From: Myxococcota bacterium
GTDB taxonomy: Bacteria > Myxococcota_A > UBA9160 > UBA6930
Assembly: GCA_965223415.1 (NCBI GenBank)
Contig: OZ245002.1
Coordinates: forward strand, 5,536,001 to 5,600,000
Direction of reading: 5' to 3'
Length of the DNA: 64,000 nt
The position numbers were made by a program, and so were the translations under genes. This document shows, piece after piece, positions 60,743 through 64,000 of the stretch (the first letter of the stretch is position 1; every line of letters begins with the position of its first letter). The notes under the pieces are model-generated. The model had not been told where the DNA came from, searched no databases, and saw only the letters and a program-made list of their open reading frames with translations.

Positions 60743-60833
60743 CAGGTGCCCCGCCCGCTGCCGGTTCCGGTGAACATCAGGTGCCCCCGCCGCTGCCGGT
60801 TCCGGTGAACATCAGGTGCTCCGCCCGCTGCCG
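60730..60833. repeat. Three tandem 35-bp copies of the thrC/ribE junction
   Basis: TTCCGGTGAACATCAGGTGC...GCTGCCG(G) starting at 60730, 60765 and 60800. Confidence 0.93.
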
Positions 60834-62173
60834 AAGCGCAGGTCGATCTCGCGCAGCATGCGGTCGCGGACCTGCTCGTAATCGGCGGGCAGCTCGATGG
60901 CCGGGTTCGGCCGGTCCGAGACGATGCCGTCGAGGGTCATCTCGTGATAGGCGACCTTGAAGTCGGTGAACTTGAGGCCGTGGGCGGTGGAGACGACGAC
61001 CACGCGATCGGAGCTGCGGATCGTCCCCCGCTCGACCAGCTTGCGCGTGGCCGCGAGGGCGACACCGGTGTGGGGGCAGTTGAAGAGCCCGGTCCGGTCG
61101 GCCCGGGCGCACTCCTCGGCCAGCTCCACCTCGCTCGCCTGCTCCACGATCCCGTCGTAGCGCTCGATGGCGTCCCGGGCCTTCGCGTAGGACACCGGAT
61201 TGCCGATCTGGATGGCCGACGCGAGGGTGGGCTGGGCGCGAATGGGCTCGAAGCTGTCGAAGCCGCGCTGGTAGGCCCGGTAGAGCGGGTTCGCCTGCTC
61301 CGCCTGGGCGCACACGATGCGGGGCCTGCGATCGACCAGCCCGAGCTCGAGCATCATGTCGAGCCCCTTGGCGAGGGCCGACACGTTGCCCAGGTTCCCA
61401 CCGGGGATCACGATCCAATCGGGCACCTCCCAGTCGAACTGCTGGACGATCTCGATCCCGACGGTCTTCTGGCCCTCGATGCGGAGGCTGTTCATCGAGT
61501 TGGCCAGGTAGATGCCGTCCTTCTCGGCCACCTGCTTCACGATCTCCATGCAGCCGTCGAAGTCCGTATCGAGGGCGAAGACGATGGCGCCGTTGGCGAT
61601 GGGCTGGATGAGCTGGGCGGTCGAGATCTTGCCCCGGGGCAGGAACACGATGGCGGGGATCTCGGCGGCGGCCGCGTAGGCCGCGAGGGCGGCGCTCGTG
61701 TCGCCGGTGGAGGCGCAGGCGACGGCCTGGATCTCCCGGCCCCGCGCCCGCATCTCCTTCACCATGGAGACGAGGACGGTCATCCCCAGGTCCTTGAACG
61801 AGCCGGTGTGGGTGTTCCCGCAGAGCTTGAGCCAGAGCTCGTCGAGCCCGAGCTCGCGGCCGTAGCGGTCGGCCCAGAAGAGGTTCGTGTGGCCCTCGTA
61901 CATGGAGACCACGTTGTCCGCCTGCACCTCCGGGAGCACCCACTCCTTCTTGCCCCACACCCCGGAGCCGTAGGGCCACTCGGTCTTGTGGCCGCGATCC
62001 TCGAAGAGCTTCTTCCAGTCGTCGGCCGACACCTTGCGCAGCTCGTCCATGTCGTGGGCGACCTGGAGGAGGCCCCCCTCCCGATCCGTGTAGACGACGT
62101 CGTCGAGGGGGTAGCGTTCGGCAGGGTTCGCCAGGCTCTGGAACCAGGCCTTGGGCTGGCTCTTGTCGGACAT
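60812..62173 (-). CDS. thrC: Threonine synthase (plant-like subfamily)
   Basis: [31 protein letters not shown]. Confidence 0.95.
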   Translation of the reverse strand: MSDKSQPKAWFQSLANPAERYPLDDVVYTDREGGLLQVAHDMDELRKVSADDWKKLFEDRGHKTEWPYGSGVWGKKEWVLPEVQADNVVSMYEGHTNLFWADRYGRELGLDELWLKLCGNTHTGSFKDLGMTVLVSMVKEMRARGREIQAVACASTGDTSAALAAYAAAAEIPAIVFLPRGKISTAQLIQPIANGAIVFALDTDFDGCMEIVKQVAEKDGIYLANSMNSLRIEGQKTVGIEIVQQFDWEVPDWIVIPGGNLGNVSALAKGLDMMLELGLVDRRPRIVCAQAEQANPLYRAYQRGFDSFEPIRAQPTLASAIQIGNPVSYAKARDAIERYDGIVEQASEVELAEECARADRTGLFNCPHTGVALAATRKLVERGTIRSSDRVVVVSTAHGLKFTDFKVAYHEMTLDGIVSDRPNPAIELPADYEQVRDRMLREIDLRFGSGRST

Positions 62174-63504
62174 CACAGGTCCTCCTCGATCCGCACCAGG
62201 CGCGTCGGGGCGCGCACCTCGTCGAGCCGGTCGACCTCGGCCATGGCCGCCTGGACGGCCTGTTCGTGAGCGGGGTGCGTCAGCACGACCACCGGCACGG
62301 CGCGGGCGCCCGGCGCCGGCGATTTCTGGATCACGGATTGGATCGAGATGCCGTGCTCGCCGAGGATCGAAGCGATGTGGCCGAGGACTCCGGGCCGGTC
62401 CTCGGCGCTGAACACCAGGTAGCAGCGGGCGTGCAGCTCGCTGGAGGGCACCAGGGGCTTGCGCTCCAGGTGGTCCGGCACGTAGGAGAGCGGTGCGACC
62501 CGCCCGGCGCTGCCGCGCCGGATCTCCCGGGCCACCTCCATCAGGTCGGCGACGACGGCGCTCGCCGTCGGCAGCTCTCCCGCGCCGGCCCCGTAGAAGA
62601 GGGTCGGGCCCACCGCGTCGCCGTGGACGGCGATGGCGTTCATGGCGCCGTCGACTTTCGCGAGCAGGCTTTCGCGGGGAATCATGGTCGGGTGCACCCG
62701 GGCCTCGATGCGCTCGTTGCCGTCCGGGCCCTCGTGGCGCTTGGCGATGCCGAGGAGCTTGATGCGGTAGCCGAACTCCTCCGCGGCCTCGAAGTCGAGC
62801 GGCGCCAGCCCCCGAATGCCCTCGGTGGGGATGTCCTCGTCGGTCAGCTCGGCGCCGTAGGCCATGGCGACGAGCAGGGTGAGCTTGTGAGCGGCGTCGA
62901 TGCCGTCCACGTCGAAGGTCGGGTCGGCCTCGGCGTAGCCCAGCTCCTGGGCCCGCTTGAGCACGACCTCGAAGTCCTCGCCGGTCTTCTCCATCTCCGT
63001 CAGCACGTAGTTGGTGGTGCCGTTCATGATCCCGTGGAGGCTCTGGATGCGGTTGGCGCTGAGCCCTTCCCGCATCGAGCGCAGGATCGGAATGCCGCCG
63101 CCGACGCTGGCCTCGAAGGCCACGTCCACGCCCTGTTTGGCAGCGGCTTCGAAGATCTCCTTGCCGTGCTTGGCGAGCAACGCCTTGTTGGCGGTGACGA
63201 CGTGCTTGGCGGCGCCGATGGCCTCCAGGGTGAAGCGGCGGGCCACCTCGTAGCCGCCGATCAGCTCGACCACGATCTCGACTTCGGGATCGGCGATCAG
63301 GCCGGAGGCGTCGGCGTCGAAGCGGACGCCACTGAGGTCGACACCGCGGTCCGTCTCGAGATCCAGATCCGCCACCCGCGCGAGGCGGAGGGGAAACCCC
63401 AGCCGCTGGCTGATGACGGAGGCGTTCTGGGCCAGCACCTTCGCCACGCCCGTGCCGATGGTTCCCAGCCCGATCAGGCCGACGCCGACGGCGTCCCTGC
63501 TCAT
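62173..63504 (-). CDS. hom: Homoserine dehydrogenase with ACT domain
   Basis: [41 protein letters not shown]. Confidence 0.96.
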   Translation of the reverse strand: MSRDAVGVGLIGLGTIGTGVAKVLAQNASVISQRLGFPLRLARVADLDLETDRGVDLSGVRFDADASGLIADPEVEIVVELIGGYEVARRFTLEAIGAAKHVVTANKALLAKHGKEIFEAAAKQGVDVAFEASVGGGIPILRSMREGLSANRIQSLHGIMNGTTNYVLTEMEKTGEDFEVVLKRAQELGYAEADPTFDVDGIDAAHKLTLLVAMAYGAELTDEDIPTEGIRGLAPLDFEAAEEFGYRIKLLGIAKRHEGPDGNERIEARVHPTMIPRESLLAKVDGAMNAIAVHGDAVGPTLFYGAGAGELPTASAVVADLMEVAREIRRGSAGRVAPLSYVPDHLERKPLVPSSELHARCYLVFSAEDRPGVLGHIASILGEHGISIQSVIQKSPAPGARAVPVVVLTHPAHEQAVQAAMAEVDRLDEVRAPTRLVRIEEDL

Positions 63505-63577
63505 GGTCCCTCCCGCCGCCCCGAGCCGGAGCGGAGCGTTCAGATGGTCTTCGTCCGGACGGCCACCGCCCGCGCGG

Positions 63578-64000
63578 TCAGACCGTGGTGGTCCGCAGGA
63601 AGCGGCGGATCCCGCGCACGGCCTGACGGATGCGATGGGTGTTCTCGACCAGGGCGAAGCGCACGTAGCCCTCCCCTCCCTCGCCGAAGCCGACGCCCGG
63701 GGCCACGGCCACCTGGGCCTCGCGCAGCAGCTTCTTCGAGAACTCGAGCGAGCCCAGGCTACGCAGGGGCTCCGGAATCGGTGCCCATACGAACATGGTC
63801 GCCAGGGGCTTCTCGATCTTCCACTGGCCCGGGCCCGGCTGTCCCAGCCCCTCGATCAGCGCGTCGCGACGGGCCTGGTACTCGTCGCACACCTCGGTGA
63901 CGCAGTCCTGGGGCCCGCGCAGGGCGACGATGGCGCCGACCTGGATCGGCGTCGGGATGCCGTAATCGAGGTAGCTCTTGATGCGCGTGAGCGCGTGGAT
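63578..64000 (-). CDS. PLP-dependent class I/II aminotransferase (AlaC-like), 5'-truncated by the window edge
   Basis: [37 protein letters not shown]. Confidence 0.85.
   Translation of the reverse strand: MHALTRIKSYLDYGIPTPIQVGAIVALRGPQDCVTEVCDEYQARRDALIEGLGQPGPGQWKIEKPLATMFVWAPIPEPLRSLGSLEFSKKLLREAQVAVAPGVGFGEGGEGYVRFALVENTHRIRQAVRGIRRFLRTTTV

Noticed and set aside
60730..60833. 35-bp repeats as a CRISPR array
   Set aside because: Units are directly tandem with no spacers, derive from flanking coding sequence, and no cas genes are present.

Overview
High-GC bacterial chromosomal segment; the gene set (PilT paralogue, PilZ protein, KamA/ATP-grasp pair) suggests a Myxococcota-like organism, which is an inference. 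About 52 kb is backbone: tRNA-Lys, 5-oxoprolinase, murJ, KamA-family aminomutase plus ATP-grasp ligase, abgT, cstA, GH20, rdgB/rph, amidase, ampG, pilT, rpoZ, a KKATR-repeat histone-like protein, bS22, khpA, mgtE, a TetR-led ABC operon, an Nma111/Deg7-like protease, ribE, thrC, hom and a partial aminotransferase. At ~45050-57290 a less GC-rich cassette of about 2.4 kb (TetR, divergent SDR, membrane protein) has been hit by six IS elements of five families (IS3, two nested IS21, IS5, IS630, IS1595). Removing them by their target duplications restores the SDR, TetR and outer istA frames. It also reveals a 28-bp dif-like XerC/D site at the right border whose central spacer is exactly the IS1595 target, and further tyrosine-recombinase-like sites lie at the left border. 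Other oddities: an IS3-family element with a 17-bp duplication of a stop/start junction, a triplicated thrC/ribE junction forming two coupled minigenes, long GGGG-type intergenic palindromes, a His-to-Arg sensor kinase and an apparently circularly permuted phosphodiesterase. All family assignments come from motif recognition by eye; no database searches were run.
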